DNA from: Marsupella aquatica
Lineage: Eukaryota > Plantae > Marchantiophyta
DNA length: 64,000 nucleotides
Reading direction: 5' to 3'
NCBI GenBank assembly: GCA_973895155.1
Contig: OZ316894.1
Coordinates: 5,418,944 to 5,482,943, forward strand
Shown: positions 25,225-39,568 of the stretch, in pieces
How the letters are laid out: every line of letters begins with the position of its first letter
Position numbering within the stretch: the stretch's first letter is position 1
Program-made: the position numbers and the translations under genes
The notes under the pieces: generated by a model
Databases searched by the model: none
Told to the model about the DNA's origin: nothing
The model's input: the letters and a program-made list of their open reading frames with translations, nothing else

Positions 25225-27876
25225 ATGGGGGTAAGTGTTGCTCAAGCGAACTCCATGAATAATTCCCTCCAGCGCTGCTCCTTGCGCCTTCAAAGCTGCA
25301 ACATTCGATGTGCTACGCAAGATTTCTTCTGTGGTGTTCTGTGGAAGAATGCAGCTCCTGGCGGCTGCAGCATCAGCGTCAGCATCAACGACAGGAAGAG
25401 TGGGAGGGAATGTCATCAACGGGTGAAATTTAAGCTCCGAGCGACTGCAGCATCTGATAGCGACTCCATCTCGCTCAAGGCAAATTTGAACTTCACTAAT
25501 GACCCAATCCGAATTGTTTATCAGTGCCCTGGTGTCTTGTCTCCTTTCAAATTAGATGTAGTAGTTGTTGCCGATGAGTTTGTACCCTGCTTCTCGAATT
25601 AGATGGACAACATTCCACTTCCTTTTAACGTCTGGGGTTTAGGGTTTTAATTGCCCGTTCTTGTTTGGTTTGAAACATTCTTCAACAAAATTGTTGGAAG
25701 TGTGTGAAAGGGTATGGTGTATAGACTTGACGATCATATAACTGAAGAAATCAATGTCCTATTATTTTCGTCTCCTTGTTTGGAAACTCTTTCAGTTTCC
25801 AAACAAGTTTGCCAGATCCCCATCCTGCTAAGAATAGGCTCCTATTCAAGCCAATCAAGCCAATGAGACCACTTTTTGCCGTGAGTATAGGGTCAGGAAT
25901 TTTAGTCCGAATCGTAGAAGTAAATGAATATTTACGCTTGTCATTGCATTCATGTCGTATAGTTGCTGTTTGAATAACGGTGATGTGCACGCAGTTCTTC
26001 GGGAGTGCAGAACTCGATAGAACAAGTGGAGAAGATGCGAGCTAGTGCGATCAAAGATGAACTGACAAAGCTGGGTAGATCCCGTCCCATGCCCAAGTTT
26101 CTTCACTGTGCTTAAAGTTTTTCAGGTCAATTACGTTTACTCTGTACCTTATGATGAGGAACAGGTGGAACTTTGGACGAGTCCCATGAAGTGTTATTGC
26201 TCTGAAAGCAAGAAAGTCATGACACCACATTTGGATTGAGACTCTCAGCTTCAAGGACGTCATCTGAATTGCTTGAGGAATATGTCTGCAGGTATTTCAT
26301 ATGCGGACTGTTTTGAAAAGCAAGAGCTTGTAGTCCGCCTTGCCACAGCCCGTCTGAACACGAAGAAAAGCAAAACAAGCAATCCTGATGAGAGCAAGAC
26401 TTACAAGCCGCTGGCTCGATTACCCATTAGACGGCTTCGTAACACAGTGAATGCTCCAAAGAACTACATTATCGTCCCGCTCAAGATAAACAAAAAGGGG
26501 CCATTCAATTTTATTTTGGATACTGGGAGCACTGTCACTCTCATACAACCAACCGTGGTGACTTATAATTTACAACTGACTCCGAGACCAGCCCGGCAGT
26601 CTCTTGCCCTGTTTGGTGGGGGGCTGTCAGATCAGAAGGTCATGAATGTAGATTTTGCAGACGTTGAGCTGGGGAACCATACCTTGAAGAACGTGTCGGT
26701 ACGGTGTCCTTTCTCTTCGTGATGATTCAGTTCAGTAAAGTTTGCAAGGGCGGAATTTAGCAATCGAAATATTCTCAGCTTACAGCGGTCGTAGCAGCTC
26801 AGCTTGGACCCCGAAATATTGACGTCCACCCCGTTTTTACAATAATATTTGGTTTGGTTCTTCATGGCAGGCTCTGTTAATGGATCAGAATATGCTACAA
26901 GGTTGGGATCCATCTATAGCTGGTCTTCTGGGACTGAATATCCTCTCCCAATTTGATGTGGAGTTTGACTTCAAAAGGGAACAGTTAGTGTTCCATCCAC
27001 CGGGATCAGCAAGTAGAAAGGAGTGCGATGTGCAGAATATGGAAAAGCTGGAAACCTCAGACGTCATGCTTGGAATACTCGGTGTGAAGGTAACTACGTT
27101 CCTCAGATTGTGGGATCTTCATGTCGTGCACAAGTGCAACTGGACTTTTCCTTATTGCAGAGTGTTTTGACCAAGCTTTACAGAAGGTCTCAATGATATA
27201 CTATGTATTGTTTGAAACTAGGTGGCACTGGGCTCCGCTCCCCCTGAAACGGCTCTTCTAGATCTTGGATCCTCCCTCTGCGTTGCCACTCCAGACATTG
27301 CCAGACTGGCTGGTGTCCCAGAGAATATAATTGTAAGTTTGGTTTTATGGATATCACTCCCTCTGGTTTGCGTTTGACTTGTCTCTAGCTTCTCTTAGGA
27401 TATCAACTAGATATCGTAGAAGGGACCTTACGAGCCCCTGAAACTGTTGGTAGAGGAATGGGTCATGGAGACTATCAAAATATTCAACTCTTCTTGTAGC
27501 CACATGCCATCTTATGGGTATGATCAACATTTTTTCTTCTTACACTATGCATTGCCTTGGGCTAAATGTTATTGTGGGATTCATATCTCAGAGCAACAAA
27601 AATCCTGCGCTTGGAGGTGGAGGTATCGGGCAATTGACAACCATGCAATTTTCAAGTGGAAATATAGATACAAGGATGGTCACTGCAAATGGTAAAATTG
27701 GGACTGCAGGGAAAGCAAAATTTGCAATTAGAGGAGCTCAGTTTGCGATTGGTGAAGTACCAGCTCTCAGAGCTGCTGGCTGTCGAATTTTGCTAGGAGT
27801 CAACCTTTTTGGAAACATTAGAATGATATTCTCTCAATCCACAAAAAGTGTTTACATGGAAAGGCCATCCACCTAG
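25225..27876 (+). CDS. Host gene for a two-domain retropepsin-like aspartyl protease with N-terminal transit-peptide-like region and small helical SAP/ARMET_C-like domain; multi-exon, 5' exon joins uncertain
   Basis: Exons ~25993-26074 (KMRASAIKDELTKLG), 26292-26697 (ISYADCFEKQELV..FNFILDTGST), 26872-27089 (GLLGLNILSQFDVEFDF), 27222-27332 (ALLDLGSS), ~27592-27876 (ILLGVNLF), bounded by GT-AG. Confidence 0.8.
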
Positions 27877-28641
27877 CTTTTAGTGTACGGGTTGCGAGCT
27901 ATTCTCCAGAGCTACCCAACAGAACTGTGACCGAATAATGTGAACATTGCTATCTGAGTATAATTTTTCTCGTCAACTAAGGTGGCTTTGAAGTTGTATT
28001 TCTTTGCAGAATTATGTTTTATCGCGCTAATAATCTGGAATGGTGAGCACTGGCACTGTTCATGTGACTCAAGACATCACTCAAGACAATAAAAACAGGC
28101 TTGCATTGTGAAGGTTCCTGATTTGGTTAGGCACCAGCTGTGAGTTTTCCGAGGTAAACAATTATTTATTATTATTTTTCCATAACATGACAGGAACGGC
28201 ATTTTCTTCGAAGCTAACTTTTATTGCAATATCTTTTACTTTCCTTGCTATGAGACTTCCGTCCTGCGAGGCACACAGGACTCTGACGCCGGGAAGCCGT
28301 GACAAAAAATGACCTGAATCTAAGAACAAGATGGGCTAAGGATGTCCTTCATCTAACACCAAACCAAATCTGAACTTTTTCTCCAAATGCATTGGACTGG
28401 TTCGGTGATCATGTATTTGTCCTAGCAGATGAGTATTCGGACTCCTTCGAATGCACCAAAAATCACTTCATACTCAACACAACAATCTCACCTTATTATA
28501 CATTTTACTTCTCGTCGTGCTTTCCCACCCTCAGCCCTGAAGACAAGTATCAGTTGAAGATTTTCTACCTCCGGAACTAAGTAAGTCCAGTGAATACAAT
28601 CAGGGTCCTAAGGGTAGTCCTCACCCAGCGCAAAGAATTAT

Positions 28642-30505
28642 CTAGCGCTGGCAAGCTGGGAGAGGACTACCGCACAGGCCAGGATTGCCGCTGAAGGAAG
28701 AGGCCTTAAGGTTGGCAAAACCCGGTCCTTGAGGGATCGGTCCGGTCAGCAAGTTGTTTGCAAAGCTCGCGTAAAGATAGTTTTGCAAGGAGGCCAAAGA
28801 CTGGGGGATTTCGCCACTGAGCATGTTGTCGTTCACCGTCAAGTGATAAAGAAGTGTCCAGTTCCCTGGAGTCGGAGGGATGTTCCCGGATAGGTTATTG
28901 AATGAGACGTCGAAATAACTCAAATTTGCCAAATTGCCAATAGTCTGAGGTATCGGTCCTACGAGAATGTTGTTGTCCAGGGCGAGGTTTGTCAGTCTCG
29001 AAAGGTTGCCCACAGAGCTGGAAATTGTACCAGAGAGCTTGTTACTGTTCAAGTAGAAGTCCGTAAGGCCTGACAGGTCGTACAAGGACTCGGGAATGGG
29101 ACCTGAAAGCTCGCAGCCGCCGAGGTAGATGTACTCGAGCTTGGATCCAAGGTTGCCAAGCTCTGGTGGGATCGAGCCAACTATCCTGTTGCACATTTGC
29201 AATCACCAGGAATTGCAATCAAAATTCAGCGACATAATGACATTGGCTTCGGTTAGTTAGTTCTGCTTCCCTGCAATTTAACATGTTTTGATTTAATGAA
29301 TTTTCTGTTGGAAAATACATTCAATGTAGCTTTCACCTAGCTGTGTTACTTTTGATTTCACTTAATTGGGTTTGATTCACTTAAACTTTGGTGTGCGTAA
29401 CTTAATATATCGATCGCTAGATCGGTTAACATGTTTTGTCAAGATCTGATTTGCCATCAATGAGTCACTCAGAAACCAGCAGTACCAACCTAAGCATGTT
29501 CAAGAAGGAAGGTTCATGCAGAACCTGTAAGCAAGAGGTGGTGTTGCTAAAATGGACAGAAACGGACGGAGGTCGCTTACAAGTTGTCACCCAGGCTCAG
29601 CCACGAGAGGTTGATCAGAGACCCATAGGATGTGGGTATGTTGCCCGTCAGCGTGTTAGTGCGCAGATCAAGGTGCTGAAGCAGCGTCAAGTTGCCAAGC
29701 TCCGGGGGCATAACCCCTGAGAGCTGCTTCATGCTGCCTAAGTCCAGATATGTGAGATATGCTAGCTTTCCAAGCTCTGCGGAGATTGTGCCTGTCAAAC
29801 AACCCCACTTACAGATGTGAACATAAACTCCCACATTTTTTGGAGAAATGCTTCCCACAAAGATCACTTCAGTGGGAGGATTGAAAACTCCGTACGTTGC
29901 AAGAATCGATCAACACCTGATCAATTGTTGTCAGATTCCTGCACTTTCTATTCTCTAAATGTGTATTTTCCACAATCATCCTCTCCCTTCCTTCAACAAT
30001 TTCTTTACTCCGTTACATTTGGGATAACATTGTTATCTGCTAATTCATTCCTCTCGCTAGCTAAATGTACAAATTTGGGCGGGCCATTTGTTCATCCGCA
30101 ATGAGATATATTACAATCCCTTATTAAACATTACCATCTTCCCTTTAGGAGCTTCTACTCTTTATGTTGCAATTGGTTGAATGGAATGGCAGTTAACACC
30201 AAGACATTCAGTACAGTACCTGTGAGATAGATGGTATTGTCGTCGAAAGCTGGGTCAGGTCTTAAATTCAAGCTTGTCACATGGCCGGCAGCATCACACA
30301 CAACATTGTACCAACTGCAACAGTCGAAGGAGGCATTCCAGTTTCCAAGGATGCCAGTCGGGTCAAATGTGATCCCTGTCTTGAACGCGGCGAGGGCGTC
30401 GTTATCCACTTTCTGACAAGTGGTGGCTACGGCACATTGGAGCCCTGTCGACAAGCCGAGGATGACGAGTAGAACGGCGATTATGACTGATCCATCTCGT
30501 GCCAT
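28642..30505 (-). CDS. Secreted extracellular LRR protein (LRRNT_2 + plant LRRs, PGIP/LRR-only type; no TM or kinase); exons 30505-30220, 29791-29581, 29185-28642
   Basis: Signal peptide, then DNDALAAFKTGI..WNASFDCCSWYNVVCD, repeated LxxLxLxxNxLxGxIP and a terminal cap FSGNPGLCGSPLPAC. Confidence 0.92.
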
Positions 30506-33016
30506 GATGACAAGCTCTCCGTCAAACAACAGATTAGAAGCTGGATTCACAATAGACGAAGCTTCACACGGATTTAAAGATGGGCACGGACGGGCAGCTG
30601 CAATAGAATTGAGACCCGTTAGACTACCTGGCCAATACAAGAAATGAGCTTTAATTTAGGTAGCTGGCAAAGTTTCTCGAGGATGGTCTTTCATCCACTA
30701 TGGGTGAGTGAGAGCTCGCACTAATTTAGCATTTTCTAATCAATGTGAAACGCTCTAATTCAACCTGTCCGTGTACGGTATAAATCTGTGCCATAATGGT
30801 ATGACACATTCTAATATGTTTTGGTCACCGAACAAAAGTTACCGAGTATTGTGATTGAATAACACCACATTCGCACAGACTAATGAACATGTGAGATCAC
30901 ATATCTATAAGATTAATGTGAATCCTTGATTATGCGAACCAGACGCCTACTCAGCTTCTCCTCAAGGGGGATCCACATGGATTACTATCCCATTGAATTT
31001 GCCCAATATCACCTGATAGATTGAATCACCAGTCCAAATCGATGCAGCGATCTTGAGTAAGGAATGGAGTCACTTTGCGAGCTACCTGCAGACGTCAGAT
31101 ACGGCTGAAGATGGGAACAGAACTCTTATATAGAGGGATCCATTTCTTCCAAACCACAAACTCCGAGAAAAATCGTACGCAAAATTTCGCAAGTATTGTG
31201 AAATTTGTTCTGATCTCTTTTCGAAGTAGTAGCGCGAATGAAACAATCAGAACAATCCAAATTAAATCCACCTCGGCGCCATCATCAGGTCAGTAACTTA
31301 CCAATGAGGAGCGAACAATGCAGGGTGTAACAATGCAGGGCAGAACAATGCGAAGCGAACGTGCAAATGCCTGGGTGTATCGATGCTTGTTCCCTGTGTC
31401 ACAATCGGGCAGCAGCCTGACTAGTACTGTCAGTACATACTGGAGCAGACCAAGTCCAAGCTCGGTAGCCTACTCACGTATCGTATCAATGCGCAGGATA
31501 TGAGATGAAACGTATCGACTAGCGAGTGCATATCCTTCCTTGATTTTGTACAGTTGTCGCTAGTCGGTACATGCTGGAAGACATTCCTTGAATATGTAGA
31601 GTAAAAACATAAGGACAGACGATGGAAACGATGATTTGCAGGACACAGCACATTACTTTGTCTCCGTAAGCCCCGTATTTTACTTTTGTACATTGTCAAA
31701 GGCGATGATATTGATCTAGTATATTTTACTTCGGGACTGTTGCTCTACAGACGACAGGAAAAGCCGAAGTGTTGAATGTCCGTAATGACATGCCTGCGTC
31801 AAATTCATGCCGGTAAATTGAAGCATAGACTATGGTTCTCCACGAAAATCTTTGGGTCCGACTTCATCGAAACTGACGGACACGGAAGAGTGGGTGAAAC
31901 GGAAAAATAAAACGTATAAGTTTACTGGGAGAGAGGAATTGGTCAAACAAAATCACAAACACGTATTAAGCGGGATATTAAGTCAAGATGGGAGAGAGAT
32001 GACATTTGCGACAGGCTGGAGTGTGGAAGAATACGTTCACACTTTGAATGTGATACGTGGACAAGCTGCTGAAATCATGATACCACCTTTGCTGAAACAA
32101 GGCTTAGTTAAGTTTTCAGACCAATTCTTATACTTCTCAGGTGAAACCAAACTTGAGAGTTACTGCATTTTTGTGACATTTACAACGGAGTACAGAATAT
32201 GGAGCACAGGGAATGTACCTACCCATGTCTTTGGCAGGCTTGGGTGGAGCTACCTAGCCGCGGCTGATCAATCATCCAAACTTAGAATTCTGAATTTGGG
32301 TGGCCGAAGGATATAGAGTACGTAATCCACGTACGTATAAGAGTAAATAATCCGTCACACGTACGTGGCAGCTCAGTCGTCGATGCAATGTCAAACCACA
32401 CCCCTGATCTTCTCATTGTTTGAGTTCTTGACTTGTTTTATTTGTTTTGTTTATTTGCCTGCCTTAGCCTGTTCTAGTTTTTGTCTATCAATGTGAAGCG
32501 AAGAAGAAATTTACATTTCCCCGTTGTTTGTTATTTCTTGTTTGGGGAGTAGCACGACAACTTTGAACCTACTATGCAAACCGATGAGCCCCTTGAAACG
32601 TGGTGCACTATCAGCCTGAAATTAACCAGTCTTTACTGAACGCAAATGCTTTATTTAGAAATTATTCACACCGTAAATCTGCAAGCCAAAGATGAAGGAG
32701 ATGGCTCCTTTCATGTGAGAATAATCACAATATGCATAAGATAATGAAAGAAAGGTTTGACTGTTGGACGGAAAGTTTACAGGACTTGATTAGGATTCTG
32801 AGCTCCTATTTACGCAAGATTTAAAGTGAAGGACCAGTGTACATACGTACATGATTAAATGTTACATATTTACATCGAAAACTCAATAGTAGATACTTCA
32901 CATTCCCTTTTATAAGCTGGTGTATCAGGGGTCAAGCATGTGGGAATCTTCAGTTTCAGGAACTTCTGGTAATATTTGTTGCAGCCTACTCCTGCAAACA
33001 AATGATGGATATCCGA

Positions 33017-36000
33017 TTATCGCATGTTGAGAAGGAACTGCGCCGGTTGTTCAATGAGCTGCTTCCATTTGTTGCAGAGTCTGGCCACTGTGGCCCCATC
33101 AACTACTCTGTGATCAGCACCCCAGGTAACCTGCCCATTTCAAGCCAAAGAATTTTTTGTCAGAAAGATCTCATCCTTTCTTCTCATCCTTGCGAAAAAC
33201 AGAAACATTACTTGTGATTGTATTAGAGAGTCCCTACAGCTTCGTGAGAGTCGAGAATCCAGTTGGATCTTCTCACCACCTTTCTATTAGTTGCATTTCA
33301 GAATCCTACAACGTATCCCACATGCCTCTGTAGATCACAAGCTTTCATTCAATTAATTTCTGAGGTGCTGTTACGCATCACATTTATTGACGGGTTCTTG
33401 TCCTTCATGGACTTACTCCTGAAATGAAACTACAGATACATGAAAAGAGCACAAAAGGTTGGGAGATTTGTGCTTCGTGACTTACACCCATAATGCTGGC
33501 AGGGTAAATGCTGCCGTCTTGTGCATATTGTGGCAGCTTGTGTATTCTTCCAATGGCCACAATGGCAACCTCTGGAAGATTCAGGACTGGTGATCCATAT
33601 TTCCCTCCAATTGCACCAACGTTTGACACCGTGATGGTGCCTCCTGTGACATCCTCACTACATAGCTTGTTTGTTACTGCGAGCTGAGTCAGACGGTACA
33701 GCTGCTCGGCGATCTACAACAAGAAATGAGTTAGATATGTTTACCCAGACATGAATACAGACGGGACCAAACAGCCAAAGGCTGAGACAGCCCTTACTTA
33801 ATAGAGCTCTTTAGGAAGATATCCTTCGAAGAAATATCATTGATCGGAACAGACAGTAGACGACGATCAGATGCACCTACACCAGGTTTTCTATACTTAT
33901 ATGTGAGCCTTCACATCAGTGGTCAATGTGTTCCAGGACGAGAGAAAATAACCCTACGAAAAAGTAGCAGACTGGCCGCCGTCAACAACAAGAGAAAGCT
34001 AATACGTCAGATGCTTACTTCAGGCACGGACAAATTCTGGACATTCTTGATGTTCGGAACAACGAGCCCAGCGCTGGTGGCAATGCCCACTCCGATATTA
34101 TGTGATCCTGAACAACTCCAGAAGTACTCCAAATTTTATGCGTTAGAAACTAAGCCACAACCAATAGGGGCAATAGCTACAAATCATTAGCTTGACATAA
34201 AGTAAGACTTACGAGGGAAAAAACCACAACATCGGTATTTGGGTCAGGTGAAGTGATCTCTACCGACAATATAAGCCATGCAATAATTTCAACATGGAAT
34301 TGTCGGCATCACAATACATGAACAGATATAGCAACAAACTCATTCACTGAGGACGTAAAGCCAGTAGTAACTCTTGATACACACCTCGCTGTGTGATCTC
34401 TGAAATGTCTTCATTTACAGTACTATTCATTAGAGGATAGTCTTTCAAAGCTAGAGAGAGAGCCTTGAGCAGAAATGGCAGGTATGTGAGCTTCACTCCC
34501 CGCTCCAAAGTCATATCCTTGAGACTATCCTTGAGCTGTACAAGAGCATCAACGTTGATGTCTTCTGTATAGTAGAAATGGGGAACAGCAACAGCTGCTG
34601 TCATTGCTTTAGCCATTATCCGACGAAAACCCCTGCAGATATTTCACATTAGCTAGGCCCAACAGATATTTAAAGATCTTCCTGATGTTCAAATTCCAAA
34701 GGATATCACTCTGCAATCGACCCTTAATTGGTCTCTTTGAGTTCAAGCTGGATTTATGCAAAACACAAACACACCTGACAGGAATTATCTCGTCTCTTCC
34801 CAGCACGTCCTCAATGGCAGGTTTTATTGCAACCGACGCCTTAACATCACAATCGTCCTCGGAAAACAATTTATCCCCCGTTGATATTCGATCATTCACT
34901 TCGCTATCAGAATTCGGGGAGTCTGGTTCAATTGCTCGGATCTCTTCATTCAACTCCTCCCTGGACATGACAAACTTCAGTACATCCTCTTTGAGTATTC
35001 GTCCATTATTGCCACTTCCAGGTACATCAGCCAGATTGATACCATAACGCTTTGCCAACTGGCGAACTGCAGGTATTGTTTCAATCCCCTTTCCTGCCAT
35101 TTCTATTCTTGACGATTCAGTCGGAAACTTTGCTGAAATGTCTTCATGTTCCTTTCCGTCCGAAGGACCATCCGATGTAGGACGATTGTTGCTCTCGATG
35201 ATAAGCTCTAGTAATGTCTCTCCAACCTGTAAAGTACATGCAGACGTTGAAATGGATATAAGGGTGAACAATCTTGCACATGCCCATCTTCTGTGAAACA
35301 AGGAATCCGGAACACCCAATCCTCGAGTACTATAGACCAAAAGAATTCCAGTTCCTAGATGTATTTCCATGATATTCAATCCAAATCGAATTCTTCATAG
35401 ATAACTCGCTCTTTCATGCATGCTTTTCATATCGGCTTGAATTTCAAAGCCTCAAAATGAGTACTTATTTCAGACAGCCTGCAAGGGTAGAAAAGCTAAA
35501 TAGACAAAGCTGTTTACAATTTAATAAGCCCGAACTCCTCCGCTTAAGACTCACTGAAATCAAATTCAGGAGTAAAGAAATTTTCAGTAATCTCTCAGGA
35601 GGGGTAATTAATCACCTTCACGATATCACCTGGAATGAAGTTGACTTTTGTCACTTTTCCCTTGTATCGGCTAGTGATTTCTACGCTGGCCTTGTCACTC
35701 TGCACCTCACATAATGGTTCAAATTCTTCCACCTCGTCTCCCTGACTAGATGCAATAACAGGAACATCAGAACTTTCAGCAATACATGATTGCCCGGATC
35801 TGGTCAACATATCATGGAACACTTCCTTGTGCTCATCGAAAATTGACTGGAGTAGAGAGAACTGCAGATGGATATGAATAAACCACAACCACTTTACACT
35901 AGGAATTTCAAATCAAGTTCTCGGCAAGTTTAGACAAAAGCACAAAGCCAATGACGAGAATGTATGCATATGAAGAGAATTTGAAATCTACACGAAGAGA

Positions 36001-36687
36001 ATGTGCTATCCCCACCTCTTGCACAAACCACCGCAGAAGTTCACAGTCTGCAATACCTTCCCCTGTTTGAGCGAGTTCGATTTCAACGACTCCTCGATCT
36101 ACCCTCATCTCTGGGGCCGCCGAAGAATACCTCCTGTGTAAATTGTCAACATGATGACACTGAGGAAGGACAAGTCAACAAAGTGTCATTGGAGGAAAAA
36201 AAGGCGCCATGAATGTAGAACGTATTGATTATACAAGCGGAGATAAATTATCATCAACACTTGCACATCGTAGCCCAATTACGTGAGCAGAATTAATACC
36301 CTGGCGAGGTAACAGTAAACTGAACCAAGGATTAGGTGTTCCAATCCTCTTCAGTGAAGAAATATAACACACTTTACACACGCACTCGACACACTTTACA
36401 CACGCACTCACCAATGCTGCAGCAGGTAACAGCATCGCTCTACGTGTAGCTGGGACCAGTGAGCCAAGCCCAAAGGCCTCATGTGGCCCGGCCTTCCCAC
36501 CCTGTAAGAATTGTATGCCAGGTCCATTTAAGCCGGGCCTCTCGACCCTAGCCACCATGACAGGTCCATCTGATGATAAGGTTGTACAAATTCTGGGCGC
36601 ACATCCTCCTACGGAAAGCTCCGAATTGGCTATCCACAATTTTACAAAATTGTACCGAACACTTCCAATGAAAGCATTCTTCCCCAT
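33017..36687 (-). CDS. BCE2: Branched-chain alpha-keto acid dehydrogenase E2 (dihydrolipoyllysine acyltransferase), multi-exon; 5' end uncertain
   Basis: LAQTGEGIADCELLRWFVQE|GDEVEEFEPLCEVQSDKASVEITSRY (lipoyl domain), PAVRQLAKRYGINL..GSGNNGRILKEDV (E3-binding), VPHFYY, SNVGAIGG, WGADHRVVDGATVAR (catalytic HxxxDG). Stop at 33017-33019. Confidence 0.93.
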
Positions 36688-38889
36688 TTCGCGACGATGT
36701 TTATGAAGCAACGCAGTTCTTTAAACCATGTAGTTCAGCAAAAGGTTGCAACTCAATTTCCCCTGAGAGTAATTTGCCACAAGTAGACCTCCTGGCCCCT
36801 CTCCAAATGAACGCCCTGCTCTGCAAGTTGCTCAACTTCTACAAGTGTTATAGTCTGAAGAGTCTTCCTCGAATCTGCTAACATCACCAAAAACATATAG
36901 CAACCAGTTAAAACTGATCTAAAGAATCACTAAAAAGGTAGCAGCTGTAGAAATTCCCCATCACTGGGGCACGGACGGTAGCCAACGAGCATTTCAGGTC
37001 AAAGGAGAAGACCATAGCTTCCTCAATTTCATGTGATAACGCCAAAAACCCCTCCTGTGCCCCCCTGACGATGACCTAAATTTCTAAATTATCGACCGTC
37101 TGTCAACTCCATTAGAACCGCAATTGCCTTCCCTACCCACAAGTCCAAGCGTAAGTGTAGACCACGCTTGGAACACGGTGACTGGTGACATGATTGGTCG
37201 AGCTCAAGGTCAAGACAACTAGATGATCAAGGTCACAACCTTCGAAGTCCATTCAGTTGAAATGGTAGACGTTTCAGGAATCCTATCCCCTTGAGCAAAC
37301 TGGCAGACGACGCAGGGAAGTCCTTCGTGCTCGAGCGTAGGGGAGGAATGAAAATCTTTCAAGCATTGAGCTAAAATTGCCCTCCATTTGTGCATGAAAA
37401 TTGGACTGCAAAGATGTTACAGCTCCCACTTCTGAAAGGGGGTGAGGGAGGGACAGAACGGCAACAAGAGACACAACAAAAATTGTGAATTCGTTTCACT
37501 GCTGCTGACCAACCCTCACATACTAGACACATTTGCCAGAAATCTGGATCAAAAAGAATTAGCAATTCCCAGCATTCTGCCAGAAACCCCGGACGGAAGG
37601 GAAGGAAACCGACTCAAACGTCCCTGACCTGTACATAATTCAGCTACATCTGCAGCTTGTTGATTCATGCAGGCATCAATTTGGCAAGTCACAGCACTCA
37701 GTACATGCCTCAACGAGACAACCGCTTAAACAAAACAAAATAGAGAATTCAAAAAATGTGGTGAATCGCTTTCATACCAACTTTAGATCAATTTTCTTTC
37801 ATCCCAACTGTAGATTTGGTTGGGAAGGAGCAAATTAAACATTGGCAAACGCTAAGGACCAGTGAGACCTTCGCATTGCTCGATCATGCAGCTGCTTGGT
37901 CAGTTGCTCATATGGATTGCTTTCATGGTGCAAGAGGGAAGAAGCCTCGTCTCGATCTCTTTCCGAGCTCTATCCTTCATGATTATGCTTTCATCGTTTG
38001 GTTTTTCGAGGTGGGCACAGATTTATTGAGCAGTCACGCCAGTCTCACACGCCAGCAGTCACAATCCTGGGCCGGGGGTGGGGGGAGTGCATGATGATGT
38101 GGAATGAATCTCTCAACCACTGCAGCGGTCTGCTGACTCTGCTCTGCGTGAATAATGCGACTTCTCGGCTTCAGTACTGCACTACTGGATCAAAGAGCCG
38201 TGAATAGCCGGTGCATCCAAATAGACTAAAGATTGTTAGATTATTTTTCTCTTTGGAAGGGGAGCAAAAGAGGGGCCCTTTCTCCTCTTTCCCTCCCCTC
38301 TTCACTGGGCTCCTTTGCCATTGGGTTCATGTCTCTCACATGGGCGTTTTTTTTGCCCTTGGGCATATTAATTTTGTTTAATTTTTGTTTCACCTGGTTG
38401 TTTGGTGTTCTAAATCTTACTTTTTACTTTTAAATGTTTTTGCAGTTACTGGGTATAATTGTTTTTCCCTCTTCTTCTTTTTGCCTTGAAAACCGAAAGC
38501 AGGACCATTGCCCCAATTTTGACAAGATTGGTTATAACAGCCATTGATTATATATTCCAGAGAGTTGGGCCATAATTAGACATTAATTTCTTTGGTAAAG
38601 AAGTTTTTAATATTTAGACTATGTTTGTGGGTAGGAACGGGCATGGGAGTCTGGGTTCAAGGAGCCTTTGATGTGCATACACACATGGGTTGGGGCTAGT
38701 AGATACACACGTTGGTTCTGGAGATTTCTTGATACAATCAAACGATATCTAACAAAACACAAGCTAAAGTAGTCTAAAAACAGTTGAAAATAGTGTCATG
38801 TGTACATAATTTAATGTTTGGTTTATGTCCATTGGGGTTGTGTGAGTTTATATCCCAGCACATATATTTTCAATCCAGTTTGTCTATTC

Positions 38890-39030
38890 AGGCCTGGGGG
38901 GTCTCACTTCAAGGAGAGACCCATATCACGCGTAACAGTTTTGGGTAATCATGCAACACCCTAAAAAATTGGGTAAGAAATAAGGGAAAACCTTTTTCCA
39001 ACTATTTTCTATCACTAACTTTATGAGATA
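38890..39030 (-). repeat. Dispersed repeat copy (inverted relative to ~7330-7575 and ~55040-55260)
   Basis: ctcacttcaaggagagacccatatcac...gggtaat..caacaccctaaa...ctaactttat is the reverse complement of blocks in the other copies. Confidence 0.55.
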
Positions 39031-39169
39031 TTCCCTCCGGGGTCAACTACCCAAAATTGTAAGAACCATTTCGAATGGAAACTAGTTAAACTTTTAATAA
39101 GCATAAGTGGGTTAGGGTAGGTATTACAAAATCAAATTTATAGAATATAGCTCAATACTCATGCGCTGC

Positions 39170-39568
39170 ACAAAAGATGTTGTTCCAGAAAATATGTCGT
39201 TTAGGAAAAGATGTTGTGGCACCAAATATGTTGTTATGTCCAAGATGTCAGGAAATAAAAAGATGTTGTTAATAAGTAAAAAGCTAGATAGTGTTATGTC
39301 AAAGATGTCGTCAAGATGCGTGGCGGCAAAGATGTTGTTAAGTAAAAAAGAATTTGTTAAGTAAAAAGACATTGATAAGTAAAAAGATGTCGTTAGTAAA
39401 AGATTTTGTGAAGTAACAGATGTTGTACAAATTAAATGTTGTCAGTAGAAGATGTTGTTTACGTAACTTACATATGTCGTTAACCAAAAGATGCTATCAA
39501 ATAAATAATGTTGTTTAGTACAATACATTGTTGAGGTGAAAGAAGTTGTGAAGTAAACAATATTGTTC
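39170..39568 (+). repeat. Degenerate low-complexity tandem array (aagatgttgt / aagtaaaa units)
   Basis: Many imperfect copies of aaagatgttgt(t)aagtaa. Confidence 0.7.
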
